This document shows positions 28,197 through 38,704 of a stretch of DNA of 64,000 nt, in pieces. The stretch is from Chitinophagaceae bacterium (GTDB lineage: Bacteria; Bacteroidota; Bacteroidia; Chitinophagales; Chitinophagaceae). The translations under genes and the position numbers were made by a program. The notes under the pieces were generated by a model that searched no databases, had not been told where the DNA came from, and saw only the letters and a program-made list of their open reading frames with translations. The first letter of the stretch is position 1; each line of letters begins with the position of its first letter. The stretch lies in NCBI GenBank assembly GCA_947372105.1, contig CANBSH010000003.1, forward strand, positions 6,042 through 70,041. Direction: 5' to 3'.

Positions 28197-29237
28197 ATGG
28201 TTTCTATTGGCCCTATTCAATTACCTGATTTCCCGCTATTATTAGCACCTATGGAGGATGTGAGTGACCCTCCTTTTAGAGCCGTGTGCAAGGACAATGG
28301 GGCGGACCTTATGTATACCGAATTTATTAGTAGTGAGGGACTTATTAGAGATGCCATTAAAAGCAAGCAGAAATTAGACATTTATGATTACGAGCGACCT
28401 ATAGGTATTCAAATATTTGGAGGAGATGAGGAAGCGATGGCACTATGCACTAAAATTGTAGATGCCGTTAACCCCGATTTAATAGATATCAATTTTGGGT
28501 GTCCTGTCAAAAAAGTAGTCACCAAGGGCGCAGGTGCAGGGGTATTAAAGGACCTGGATTTAATGGTGCGATTAACCGAATCGGTTGTGAAAAGCACCAA
28601 TTTACCCGTCACAGTAAAAACAAGATTGGGCTGGGATGATAGCTCAAAAAATATTCATGAAGTGGCTTTAAGATTGCAGGATGTAGGTATTAAAGCGTTA
28701 GCGATTCATGGAAGAACCAGAACTCAAATGTATAAAGGTGAAGCAGATTGGACCTTGATAGGTGAAATTAAAAATGATCCACGCATTCAAATTCCCATAT
28801 TTGGAAATGGCGATATCAATTCTCCCGAAAAAGCATTGGAGTATAAAAATAAATACGGCATAGATGGCATCATGATTGGAAGAGCCGCTATTGGATATCC
28901 ATGGATCTTTCGTGAAATCAAACATTTTTTAGCAACAGGAACAAAGTGTGCCGATCCTACCATTGAAGAACGTGTAGAAGTAGCACGTAAACATTTAATT
29001 AAATCATTAGAGTGGAAGGGGCCTATTGCAGGCATTAATGAAATGCGTCGTCACTATGCCAATTATTTGAGAGGCTTACCTAATATTAAAGAATACCGAA
29101 ATAAATTGGTACGCATCACAGAACAAAAAGAAATTGAAGCCGTTTTAGATGAAATCAAAGATAAGTATAAGGACATGGTGATTGAATCTGGTAAAATAGT
29201 TTTAGAAAATTACCACGAACACTGCCCAATCAATTAA
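28197..29237 (+). CDS. dusB: tRNA dihydrouridine synthase
   Basis: LLAPMEDVSDPPFR, INFGCPVKKV, VTVKTRLGWD, and HGRTRTQMYKGEADW. Confidence 0.9.
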   Translation: MVSIGPIQLPDFPLLLAPMEDVSDPPFRAVCKDNGADLMYTEFISSEGLIRDAIKSKQKLDIYDYERPIGIQIFGGDEEAMALCTKIVDAVNPDLIDINFGCPVKKVVTKGAGAGVLKDLDLMVRLTESVVKSTNLPVTVKTRLGWDDSSKNIHEVALRLQDVGIKALAIHGRTRTQMYKGEADWTLIGEIKNDPRIQIPIFGNGDINSPEKALEYKNKYGIDGIMIGRAAIGYPWIFREIKHFLATGTKCADPTIEERVEVARKHLIKSLEWKGPIAGINEMRRHYANYLRGLPNIKEYRNKLVRITEQKEIEAVLDEIKDKYKDMVIESGKIVLENYHEHCPIN

Positions 29238-29285
29238 AAAACAACTCTTTAAGGCTAGAACTATTTAAGATAAATTTTTTTTATT

Positions 29286-29942
29286 TTATTTTTTCTCGAT
29301 AGCCGCTATCACTAAGGGATCCAAAGGATCTATTGTCATAGGAAAGTAATTCACCAATACCCCATTTTCATTAATTAAATATTTGCAAAAGTTCCAAGCA
29401 GGTTCTTGATTACACCATCCATTTAAAGTCATATCGGAAAGCCATTTGTGCACTTCATTTTGGTGATTCTTTTTGATCACGATAGATTTTTCCATTAAAG
29501 GAAAAGTAACTCCGTAATTTTTTTGACAAAACGCAGCAATATTTTGATTGTCTTTGGATTCTTGTTCTTTAAAATCATTTGCAGGAAACCCAATCACCAC
29601 TAATTCGTTTTTATATTGTTGATGTAATTTTTCAAGCGCTTCATATTGACCCGTAAATCCACAATCACTGGCGGTATTCACGATCATAATTTTTTTTCCT
29701 TTATAAGCGGTTAAATCTAAACTACTTCCGTCAATGGCTTTAGCATGCAAAGTATAAAATGAAACAGGAGCAACCACCAATTGTTGATTGCTTAATACTT
29801 GTTTCGCCCCGCTCGAATGACTCGACCACATAATCATGGGATACAAGGTTTTCAAAATAGATTGACGATAGGACATATCCTTTTTTTTCATCAACAAAGT
29901 AGCCGACACTAAAATGCCAAAAGCAATAGCAATTTTTATCAT
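29286..29942 (-). CDS. Glutathione peroxidase-family protein with N-terminal membrane anchor or signal
   Basis: VNTASDCGFTGQY (Cys at the peroxidatic position), FPANDF and the WNFCKYLI region. I prefer the ATG at 29942 (MIKIAIAFGILVSATLL) over the start at 30014, which would overlap the ALDH gene. The start choice is uncertain. Confidence 0.75.
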   Translation of the reverse strand: MIKIAIAFGILVSATLLMKKKDMSYRQSILKTLYPMIMWSSHSSGAKQVLSNQQLVVAPVSFYTLHAKAIDGSSLDLTAYKGKKIMIVNTASDCGFTGQYEALEKLHQQYKNELVVIGFPANDFKEQESKDNQNIAAFCQKNYGVTFPLMEKSIVIKKNHQNEVHKWLSDMTLNGWCNQEPAWNFCKYLINENGVLVNYFPMTIDPLDPLVIAAIEKK

Positions 29943-30006
29943 GATCGATTTTTTATTTTTCACAACCCAATTTTTAAATTCGTAACAGAAAATAGAACTA
30001 AATAAA

Positions 30007-31374
30007 TTACCCAATTAATCTTTTGAGTAACCAAGCTTTACCTTTATAAGGAGGATATTTAAAACCAGGATCTATCCAAGTAGGTGTTTTTAAGACCGAT
30101 TTAGTATGCGTAAATGTATCAAAGCTTGATTTTCCATGATAACCTCCGGTTCCACTAAAACCTCTGCCACCAAAAGGCAATTCATGATTGGTTATATGCA
30201 TAGTGGCATTATTAACACAAGCGCCGCCCGATGGCACATTCGTTAACCAATAGTCTTCATCCGCTTTATTTTCAGTGAACACATAAAAAGCTAATGGGTT
30301 TGGATTTTTTTGAATCACCGCTAAAGCCTCTTCTTTAGATTCATAAGTAAGAATAGGAAGTATAGGCCCAAATATTTCATCCTGCATTATTTTTGCATCA
30401 GGATGAATGCCGGTCATAATTGTTGGTTCTATAAATAGTTTTTCTCTATTTGATTTTCCACCATACACAATGTCACCTTCCGATAAATAACTAGTTAAGC
30501 GCAACCATTGTTTGTCGTTGATAATTTTTCCATAATGTTCAGACGCTTCCGCATCTACTCCATAAAAGGATTGCAATGCAATAATTAATTCTTGAATCAA
30601 AGCATCCTTTAAATGAGTGGGCACTAAAATATAATCAGGTGCAATACACATTTGACCACAATTTGAAAATTTAGGGTTGGCTAAGCGACGTGCAGCAACT
30701 CTCAAATTCGCATCAGAAGCAATCACAGCAGGGCTTTTACCGCCTAATTCCAAAGTGACTGGCACTAATTTTTCAGCAGCATATTTATAAATTATTTTTC
30801 CTACTGCAGTACTGCCTGTATAAAAGATATGATCAAATCTATGTTCGGATAATAATGGAGGCAATACCGAAGCACCCTCTCCTTCTAAATAAAGCACATA
30901 GTTATCTGGAAATAAAGAATCAATAATTTTACCCATCACTTTTGCAGTGGCAGGTGCAAACTCACTTGGTTTTAATACTGCACAATTACCTCCAGCAATG
31001 GCACCAATTAAAGGAGTGAATAATAATTGAAATGGATAGTTCCAAGGGGCAATAATACAAACAACTCCCAAAGGCTCTTGGATAGTAAAACTTGTGGAGG
31101 GCATATTCACCAAGTTGGTGGATACATATTTAGGCTGCATCCATTCCTTCAAATGTTTAATGGTATCATTTAATTCACTTAAGAAAAAGCCAATTTCAGT
31201 AGCCCATGCATCTTCATCGGTTTTTTTGAGGTCGGCATATAAGGCTTCATATAATACCTTTTCCGATTCTAACACTGTTTTTTTAAGACGTTCTAATTGT
31301 TGGATTCTGAAGGCATAAGATTGTGTTGCACCGGATTGAAAATACTGTCTTAAAGCTTCCATTTGAGTCTTCAT
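30007..31374 (-). CDS. NAD(P)-dependent aldehyde dehydrogenase (class 3-like)
   Basis: LELGGKSP, catalytic Cys context GQMCIAPDY, and EIFGPILPI. Confidence 0.9.
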   Translation of the reverse strand: MKTQMEALRQYFQSGATQSYAFRIQQLERLKKTVLESEKVLYEALYADLKKTDEDAWATEIGFFLSELNDTIKHLKEWMQPKYVSTNLVNMPSTSFTIQEPLGVVCIIAPWNYPFQLLFTPLIGAIAGGNCAVLKPSEFAPATAKVMGKIIDSLFPDNYVLYLEGEGASVLPPLLSEHRFDHIFYTGSTAVGKIIYKYAAEKLVPVTLELGGKSPAVIASDANLRVAARRLANPKFSNCGQMCIAPDYILVPTHLKDALIQELIIALQSFYGVDAEASEHYGKIINDKQWLRLTSYLSEGDIVYGGKSNREKLFIEPTIMTGIHPDAKIMQDEIFGPILPILTYESKEEALAVIQKNPNPLAFYVFTENKADEDYWLTNVPSGGACVNNATMHITNHELPFGGRGFSGTGGYHGKSSFDTFTHTKSVLKTPTWIDPGFKYPPYKGKAWLLKRLIG

Positions 31375-31519
31375 AAGATTGAATTATCACTCAATTTAAG
31401 CCTAAAAAATGAAAGGGAATGAGGTTTTACCCACTCCTAAAAATATTTCTCTTTTTTCCTCTTTTTTTTATAATTTACGTATTCGATTGAACCGATTTAT
31501 AACCAAATAATTCATTGCT

Positions 31520-32974
31520 ATGTCCAAAAAGAAATCAAATAATACTCGTAGAGATTTTATCAAAAACTCGGCCCTTGCCTTGGGTGGTTTTTACATTTTA
31601 CCCAGACACGTTTTAGGAGGAAAAGGTTTTATAGCCCCCAGTGACAAACTTCAAGTAGCAGGTATTGGTGCCGGTGGTAAAGGAGAAGGTGACTTATTTA
31701 GTTTTTATAAATCAGGCAAAGCAGATATTGCATTTTTATGTGATGTGGATGATCGCCAATCAGTGACTAGTCGTAAAAGATATCCTAACGCGAAATATTA
31801 CAAAGATTATCGTGAGATGTTAGATAAAGAAAGCAAATTCATTGATGCAGTTTCTGTTTCTACACCCGATCATATGCACGCTGTTGCTGCGATGGCAGCC
31901 ATGCAATTAGGCAAACACGTGTATGTTCAAAAGCCAATGGCACATGATATTTATGAAGCAAGGATGATGACCAAAGCAGCACATGATTATAATGTAGTAA
32001 CGCAAATGGGTAACCAAGGTTCTTCAGGAGACGGCGTACGTTTCTTACAAGATTGGTACAATGCAGGATTAATTGGAGATGTTCATACCATTTATTGTTA
32101 TACCGATCGTCCTGTTTGGCCACAAGGAGTGGTACGTCCAACGACTGCTTCTACGATACCTGCCGAATTAGATTTTAATTTATGGTTAGGGACTGCTCCT
32201 CAAAAAGATTACTTCACCGACTTATTACCATTCAACTGGAGAGGTTGGTGGGATTACGGTACCGGTGCATTAGGTGATATGGCATGTCATATTATGGCGC
32301 CAGCATTTGCAGTAGTGGGATTAGGCTATCCAGTATCTGCAGAATGTAGTGTGGCCACTCGTTATACAGCCCCTTGGCAAAGAGTATATTCTCCAGACAG
32401 TCCACCAGCAGCTTCTCATATCATCTTAACTTTCAAAGGCCAAAATGGTAAGCCTGATGTAAAATTACATTGGATGGATGGAGGTATTCAACCTGAAAGA
32501 CCCGCCGAATTAGGACCTAATGAAATGATGGGAGATGGAGGGAATGGAATTATTTTTGAAGGTACCAAAGGAAAAATGATGGCAGGAACTTATGGTGTGA
32601 ACCCACAATTATTACCCACTAATTTAACTAAAACCACAAAAGTGTCAGAATCTGTTGCTCGTGTGAAAGGTGGTGCTGAAGGACATTACGCGGCATGGGT
32701 GGAAGCATGTATTGCAGGCCCAGGAAGTAACTTAGCAAAAAACTTAAGTTCTCATTTTGATATTGCAGGACCATTAACGGAATCTGTATTGATGGGTAAT
32801 TTAGCGATTCGCAGTTATGATATTAAAAATATAGATAAGAAAGGCGACGCTAGTTATCCAGGTCGCAATATTCAACTAATGTGGGATGGTCCAAATATGC
32901 AGATCACCAACTTTGATGAAGCAAACCAATTTGTAAAACGCACTTATCGTGATGGTTGGAGCTTAGGAGTATAA
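31520..32974 (+). CDS. Tat-exported Gfo/Idh/MocA family oxidoreductase
   Basis: Twin-arginine leader NNTRRDFIKNSALALGG. Rossmann motif VAGIGAGGKG. STPDHMHA and VYVQKP are typical of the family. Confidence 0.85.
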   Translation: MSKKKSNNTRRDFIKNSALALGGFYILPRHVLGGKGFIAPSDKLQVAGIGAGGKGEGDLFSFYKSGKADIAFLCDVDDRQSVTSRKRYPNAKYYKDYREMLDKESKFIDAVSVSTPDHMHAVAAMAAMQLGKHVYVQKPMAHDIYEARMMTKAAHDYNVVTQMGNQGSSGDGVRFLQDWYNAGLIGDVHTIYCYTDRPVWPQGVVRPTTASTIPAELDFNLWLGTAPQKDYFTDLLPFNWRGWWDYGTGALGDMACHIMAPAFAVVGLGYPVSAECSVATRYTAPWQRVYSPDSPPAASHIILTFKGQNGKPDVKLHWMDGGIQPERPAELGPNEMMGDGGNGIIFEGTKGKMMAGTYGVNPQLLPTNLTKTTKVSESVARVKGGAEGHYAAWVEACIAGPGSNLAKNLSSHFDIAGPLTESVLMGNLAIRSYDIKNIDKKGDASYPGRNIQLMWDGPNMQITNFDEANQFVKRTYRDGWSLGV

Positions 32975-33050
32975 AATGGAGGAGTATAACATAGAGTACT
33001 ACAGCATGAATAAATAAGCCAATGTTGTACATTTTTAAATAAAAAAATGA

Positions 33051-33086
33051 AACCTCTCTTCGAAAATTCGGGGAGAGGTTTTTTTA
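33051..33086 (+). terminator. Rho-independent terminator
   Basis: AACCTCTC (33051-33058) pairs with GAGAGGTT (33073-33080), followed by a T-run. Confidence 0.75.
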
Positions 33087-33128
33087 TGCATCTTATAATT
33101 GATTATCTTCAATTTTATAAATGACAAT

Positions 33129-34289
33129 ATGGAAAATTTACGAGATCAGTTTTTATTACGCACCGATATTCATTTCTTAAACTTTGGTTCCTTTGGCGCT
33201 ACCCCTAAACCTATTTTTGAAAACTATCAACACTGGCAAAGAGTGTTAGAAGCAGAGCCTGTCCAGTTTATAGCATTTGACGGATATCAATACTTATCAG
33301 ATAGTCGAGCGGCCTTGTCTAATTTTGTAGGCATCCCAGATAAAGATGATGTGGTTTTTATAACCAACCCAAGCTTTGCAGTGAACTTGATTGCTAAAAA
33401 TTTTCCATTACAAGCAGGGGATGAAATTTTAACCACCGATATTGAATATGGTGCTTGTGATAAAACATGGAATTACTATTGTGAAAAAGCAGGAGCTACT
33501 TATCGCAGACAAAAAATAAATTTACCTATTACTACTAAGGAACAATTTATTAGTGATTTTTTTGAAGGTTTACGTCCCACTACAAAAGCAATTTTTATTA
33601 GTCACTTAACTTCTACTACAGGATTGATATTCCCAGTGAAAGAAATTTGTGCTATTGCAAAACAAAAAGGTTTGATCACCATTGTAGATGGCGCACATGC
33701 CCCTGCGCATGTGCCTTTAAATATAAAAGAATTGGAAGCAGATTTTTATACTGGAGCTTGTCATAAGTGGATGATGGCACCCAAAGGATGCAGTTTTTTA
33801 TATGCACATAAATCTGTTCAAACATGGTGTGACCCGATGATTGTAAGTTGGGGATACAAAGCACTTAAGCCTTCTCATTCTACTTTTTTGGATTACAATC
33901 AAATGATTGGGACACGCGACTTCTCGGCCTTCTTAACGGTTCCAGCTTGTATCCAATTTATGGAAGAAAATAATTGGAAAGAAGTATCACAAGCATGTCA
34001 TCAAATGGTATTAGACAATGCACAACGTTTTTATGATTTACTGGGCTGCAAACCTTTGAGTCCATTAACCAGTGAATGGATTGGACAAATGATAAGCATT
34101 CCAATAGCTACTAAAGAGCCGGAAATATTACAAAGAAAATTATTCACGGACTATCAAATTGAAGTGCCAATTATGCGTCAGGAAAACGATGTGTATATGC
34201 GTTATTCTATAAATGCATTTAACACTATCGAAAATTTAGATGCTTTATATAATGCATTAGCTGACTTAAAAAAGAAAGGTGAGCTTTAA
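33129..34289 (+). CDS. Class V aminotransferase-fold PLP enzyme (isopenicillin-N-epimerase/cysteine-desulfurase-like)
   Basis: IVDGAHAPAH...FYTGACHKWMMAPKG (PLP lysine context). The ATG at 33129 (MENLRDQF) is preferred over the TTG at 33099. Confidence 0.8.
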   Translation: MENLRDQFLLRTDIHFLNFGSFGATPKPIFENYQHWQRVLEAEPVQFIAFDGYQYLSDSRAALSNFVGIPDKDDVVFITNPSFAVNLIAKNFPLQAGDEILTTDIEYGACDKTWNYYCEKAGATYRRQKINLPITTKEQFISDFFEGLRPTTKAIFISHLTSTTGLIFPVKEICAIAKQKGLITIVDGAHAPAHVPLNIKELEADFYTGACHKWMMAPKGCSFLYAHKSVQTWCDPMIVSWGYKALKPSHSTFLDYNQMIGTRDFSAFLTVPACIQFMEENNWKEVSQACHQMVLDNAQRFYDLLGCKPLSPLTSEWIGQMISIPIATKEPEILQRKLFTDYQIEVPIMRQENDVYMRYSINAFNTIENLDALYNALADLKKKGEL

Positions 34290-34311
34290 AAATTAAAAAG
34301 TAACTAAACGA

Positions 34312-35169
34312 TTACCAAGTCATTTTAGACATGGCTGCTCCATTTTCTTTGGTACATCCTAATTCACTGGTACCCGCATAAGCTTCTTGTTCTGCAAAAA
34401 AGTATTTCAACCCTTTGGCTGCCCCTGCATGTAAAATATTTTTAAAGTCGATAGTGCCCTTGCCTATCACGCAAGATTCTACTTCTCCTTTAGCTGTTTT
34501 AGTTAAGTCCTTTACATGACATAATGTAAAGCGATTTGGATATTTATTAAAGTAATCAATTGGGTTCACTCCTGCTGCAGTAACCCAAAAAATATCCATT
34601 TCAAAATCCACTAAATGAGGGTCGGTTAAATCCATCATAACATCCTGAGGAATCCCGCCCGGCATGGCTTTGAAAGAATAATCATGATTATGGTAAGCAA
34701 AACGTATTCCATTTTTTTTACAAATTTCGCCGCATTTATTAAACTGATCTGCAAAACGCTTAAAATCATCAATGGAGGGTTGTGCTCCTTTATGCGGACA
34801 AATTAAATAACTCATCCCAATCTCAGCTGCTTGTGCTGCTTTGCGTTCAAAGTCTTTTTCTATATCACAATGCGTAGAAACTATTTTCAAACCTAAGCCA
34901 TCCATTGTTTTTTTAAATTCTGTATTTTTCATACCCCAAAAAATACCTTTATCCCCTTCAAAACTTTCAATTTGCTTAAAGCCACTATCCGCAATTAATT
35001 TAAATACGCTTGCAGTATCTCTATAAAGCGCCTCCTTTACCGTCCATAATTGAATACCAAATTGTTTCTTACCAGGCGCTAACGCTAGTAATTCATTGCG
35101 GAAAGGAACGGACATCGCCATACCAGCTAATGCAGTATTGCGTAAAAAACTTCTTCTTGAATGTGACAT
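34312..35169 (-). CDS. Tat-exported xylose-isomerase-like TIM-barrel protein (sugar phosphate isomerase/epimerase family)
   Basis: Leader MSHSRRSFLRNTALAGMAMS. HNHDYSF, DIFW and the HVKD metal-ligand-like pattern match AP endonuclease 2/xylose isomerase-like barrels. Confidence 0.8.
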   Translation of the reverse strand: MSHSRRSFLRNTALAGMAMSVPFRNELLALAPGKKQFGIQLWTVKEALYRDTASVFKLIADSGFKQIESFEGDKGIFWGMKNTEFKKTMDGLGLKIVSTHCDIEKDFERKAAQAAEIGMSYLICPHKGAQPSIDDFKRFADQFNKCGEICKKNGIRFAYHNHDYSFKAMPGGIPQDVMMDLTDPHLVDFEMDIFWVTAAGVNPIDYFNKYPNRFTLCHVKDLTKTAKGEVESCVIGKGTIDFKNILHAGAAKGLKYFFAEQEAYAGTSELGCTKENGAAMSKMTW

Positions 35170-35248
35170 ATTATAATTTTAAATAAGCAATCGAAAATAA
35201 ACTTAGAGACCCACTGAAAGATAAACTTAATGGCAAACTCATATATAA

Positions 35249-35815
35249 CTAAGTGGTCGCCCAAGCTTTATCTCCTTTTTTATAAGGAATTGAACCTTCA
35301 TATCTTCCCGGAACTGCAACATAGCGTAAAGCTTTGGTAGCCCCTACTTCGGAGGTAAAGAATCCAGTTAAAGTTAACTCTTTCATCATGGTGAAATAAT
35401 GTTTGGGATCTTCCTTCTTTTTATTCTTTTGATAATTAGCAGCTTCTGCATCCATTGCTACCAATAAATCATGACGTTCTGGAGCACTTGCTTCCATAAA
35501 ACTTTTGTTCAATTTTGTTTTAGTATGTTCTTGTAAGGATTTAATGCCTTGCATAAAAATACCTTGATTCTTTTCGTCATAACAATCGGTCACCATCACT
35601 TGCATAAACTCACCCACCTTCGCTTCCTTCGCCCCTGGCGTATTGGTGGCAGGTAAAATAGTTTCAGCTACTTCATTTAAAAAAGAAATATCGTCTTTTG
35701 AAAATTGTAAACCAGTTACTCCTGTGGTACAACCTGATAAAAAAGCTTCAGCGCCTAACACAGTACCTCCCATAATAAGGGCGACTCTGGATAAGGCTTC
35801 TCTTCTTGTCATCAT
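35249..35815 (-). CDS. Gluconate 2-dehydrogenase subunit 3-family small subunit (Tat leader)
   Basis: MMTRREALSRVALIMGGTVLGAEAFLSGC leader. About 190 aa. Immediately downstream of the GMC flavoprotein gene. Confidence 0.75.
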   Translation of the reverse strand: MMTRREALSRVALIMGGTVLGAEAFLSGCTTGVTGLQFSKDDISFLNEVAETILPATNTPGAKEAKVGEFMQVMVTDCYDEKNQGIFMQGIKSLQEHTKTKLNKSFMEASAPERHDLLVAMDAEAANYQKNKKKEDPKHYFTMMKELTLTGFFTSEVGATKALRYVAVPGRYEGSIPYKKGDKAWATT

Positions 35816-35839
35816 AAAATTATTTTTTAATAATGTTTT

Positions 35840-37522
35840 TTATAAATTTCCTTTTTTCAATTCGTTCACTGCAAATTCTGCAGCGCGCGCTGTGAATGCC
35901 ATATAAGTTAATGAAGGGTTCACACAAGCAGCACTTGTCATGAAAGAACCATCTGTTACAAATACATTAGGCGCATCCCATATTTGATTGTTTTTATTCA
36001 ACACCGATGTTTTAGGATCATGCCCCATACGAGCGGTCCCCATTTCATGAATACCTCTACCTGGAGTCCCATCTCCTTCGGTTGCTTTTACATTTTTAAC
36101 ACCTGCCTTTTCTAACATTTCTTGTGCATCTATTAAAATGTCTTTACGCATTTTAATTTCATTCTCTTTTAATTCACAATCAATATTTAAGACGTTCAAT
36201 CCCCACTTATCTTTTTTAGTTTTATCTAAAGTAACTTTATTGGTAGCATCTGGTAACATCTCACCAAAGCCCATCATATTTACATTCCAATGATCTCCTG
36301 GTTCGGATAAAGCATCTTTGAAAGCGCCGCCAATACTTGCTTCAGCCACTTCATGACCCCAGCCAGCACGGTGCCCACCACCTTGATACCCATAGCCGCG
36401 TAAATAATCACGTTTATCATCACCTACATTTCTATAACGAGGTATATAAAAACCATTGGCACGACGGCCAAAAGTATATTTGTCTTCATAACCTTCCATG
36501 ATACCCGCTGCACGATTACCTAAATGGTGATCCATTAAATATTTACCCAAAGCATCACTACTACTTCCTAATCCACCTTCCCAAACATCTGTTGCTGAAT
36601 TCATCAACACCCAAGTACTATTTAAAGTAGACGCATTTAAGAAAATAATTTTGGCTTTGTATTCGATCGTTTTATTGGTTTCAGCATCTAATACTACAAC
36701 CCCAGTAGCACGCTTTTTATCTTTATCATATTTTATTTCTGTCACAATGGACCAAGGTCTTAAAGTTAAATTACCCGTAGCCATCGCAGCAGGAAGTGTA
36801 GAAGATTGCGTACTAAAATAGCCTCCAAAAGGACAACCTAACCAACATTTATTTCTGAATTGACATCCAGGACGTCCTTCGTGAGGAACCGTAATATTAG
36901 CAGTACGACCAATAATTAAATGACGCGTTCCTTTGTACACTTCTTTTAATCGAGCAGCCACATCCTTCTCCACGCAAGTTAAATCCATGGGTGGCAAAAA
37001 TTGTCCGTCGGGTAAAACAGCGATGCCATCACGATTACCGCTGATGCCCGCAAATTTTTCTACATAATCATACCAAGGTGCAATTTCATTATAACGAACA
37101 GGCCAATCAATAGCAATACCATCTTTTGCATTGGCTTCAAAATCTAAATCGGACCAACGATAACTTTGACGACCCCACATTAAAGAACGACCCCCCACAT
37201 GATATCCTCTAAACCAATCAAAACGTTTTGTTTCAGTGTAAGGACTGTCTTTGTCGGAACACCAATAATCTAAATTGGTTTCGTTTAATGGATAGTCTCT
37301 TTTTAACACTGGATAATCATTAATCATTTGTTGTGTGCGTCCTCCACGATGAGGATGTTCCCAAGCTTCTTTAGTCGCATTCACATAATCCTTGATATGT
37401 TCAATATTTCTTCCGCGCTCAAGCATTAAAACTTTTAAGCCTTTTTCAGTAAGTTCTTTCGCAGCCCAACCGCCGCTAATTCCAGAACCTACCACGATAG
37501 CATCGTAATGTTGTTCAGCCAT
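35840..37522 (-). CDS. GMC-family FAD-dependent oxidoreductase (no signal peptide of its own)
   Basis: N-terminal YDAIVVGSGISGGWAAKELTEKG (FAD GxGxxG). 560 aa. C-terminal GTARMG and NVFVTDGS motifs of GMC enzymes. Confidence 0.88.
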   Translation of the reverse strand: MAEQHYDAIVVGSGISGGWAAKELTEKGLKVLMLERGRNIEHIKDYVNATKEAWEHPHRGGRTQQMINDYPVLKRDYPLNETNLDYWCSDKDSPYTETKRFDWFRGYHVGGRSLMWGRQSYRWSDLDFEANAKDGIAIDWPVRYNEIAPWYDYVEKFAGISGNRDGIAVLPDGQFLPPMDLTCVEKDVAARLKEVYKGTRHLIIGRTANITVPHEGRPGCQFRNKCWLGCPFGGYFSTQSSTLPAAMATGNLTLRPWSIVTEIKYDKDKKRATGVVVLDAETNKTIEYKAKIIFLNASTLNSTWVLMNSATDVWEGGLGSSSDALGKYLMDHHLGNRAAGIMEGYEDKYTFGRRANGFYIPRYRNVGDDKRDYLRGYGYQGGGHRAGWGHEVAEASIGGAFKDALSEPGDHWNVNMMGFGEMLPDATNKVTLDKTKKDKWGLNVLNIDCELKENEIKMRKDILIDAQEMLEKAGVKNVKATEGDGTPGRGIHEMGTARMGHDPKTSVLNKNNQIWDAPNVFVTDGSFMTSAACVNPSLTYMAFTARAAEFAVNELKKGNL

Positions 37523-37614
37523 TGTAATAGTTTTTTTAGTTTGGTTTTTTGGAAATTTAAGATACTGAATTTATCAGCCGCTTTTCCCAAATTTATATAA
37601 GTAATGAATAAATT

Positions 37615-38520
37615 TTAAACGTCACAAATTTTAATAGCTGTTTTTAATGAAGCCATTGGATCCTTATCGGCAGGTATAAATTCCTGAGCCACATAGCCTT
37701 TGAAGCCAGTTTCCACGATAGCGCGCATGATGGCTGGGTAATACAACTCCTGACGTTCATCTATTTCATGACGACCAGGTACGCCACCTGTATGGTAATG
37801 GCCATAATATTCATGATTGGTTCTGATAGAATGAATAATATCACCCTCATCAATTTGCATGTGATAGATATCAAATAACAATTTAAAATTAGGAGACCCT
37901 AAACGCTTACAAAGTTCTACCCCCCAAACAGAACGATCACACATATAATCTTTGTGATCTACTCTCGAGTTTAATAATTCCATGATTATTGTAACACCGC
38001 GCTTTTCGGCTAAAGCCATGATTTTTTTAAGTCCAGTGACACAATTATTTAAACCTGTTTCATCATCCATGCCATTGCGACTACCCGAAAAACAAATCAA
38101 ATTTTTATAGCCTGCATCTGCCACATAATTAATATGATCGGTGTAATTTTTTACTAAAGTATCATGATAGCTAGGTTCGTTAAACCCTTTGGTAAGGCTA
38201 ATTTCGGCACCATTACACATCGTTGAAATTAAATTATTTGCTTTCAACACATTCCATTCTTTAGGACCTACTAAATCCATTCCCACAAGTCCCATATCAG
38301 AAAAGTTTTTAGCCAATTGTTGGATGGGATAGTCATTATAACACCATCTGCAAGCAGAATGATTGATGTTTCCTTTAAGTGCTAAAGAAGCATTTGTAGA
38401 TGCATGGTTAGAAGACATAGCGGCAAATAAATTAGAAGGAACAGCTGCCCCAGTGGCTAGTGCGGCAGACCCCGTTAATACTTGTTTGATAATCGTTCTT
38501 CGATTCAAATTTTTAGACAT
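37615..38520 (-). CDS. Tat-exported xylose-isomerase-like TIM-barrel protein (hydroxypyruvate-isomerase-like)
   Basis: Leader MSKNLNRRTIIKQVLTGSAALATGAA. IMELLN, FDIYHMQ and YVAQEF motifs. The ATG at 38520 is preferred. Confidence 0.8.
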   Translation of the reverse strand: MSKNLNRRTIIKQVLTGSAALATGAAVPSNLFAAMSSNHASTNASLALKGNINHSACRWCYNDYPIQQLAKNFSDMGLVGMDLVGPKEWNVLKANNLISTMCNGAEISLTKGFNEPSYHDTLVKNYTDHINYVADAGYKNLICFSGSRNGMDDETGLNNCVTGLKKIMALAEKRGVTIIMELLNSRVDHKDYMCDRSVWGVELCKRLGSPNFKLLFDIYHMQIDEGDIIHSIRTNHEYYGHYHTGGVPGRHEIDERQELYYPAIMRAIVETGFKGYVAQEFIPADKDPMASLKTAIKICDV

Positions 38521-38704
38521 AATAATGCAGCGTTGTGTGAGCAATCGTTTGAGATAATAAATGTAATTTTTATTTGTTAGGTGTAAAAATAATTTTAGTT
38601 AAAAAAGTCATTTTTTGCGAAATAATAAGGAAATTGCTAGGATAATAAAACTCAGTGTTTTAGCTACTAACGATTCGCTTTTTTGAGTTTAAAATTCGAA
38701 ACCA

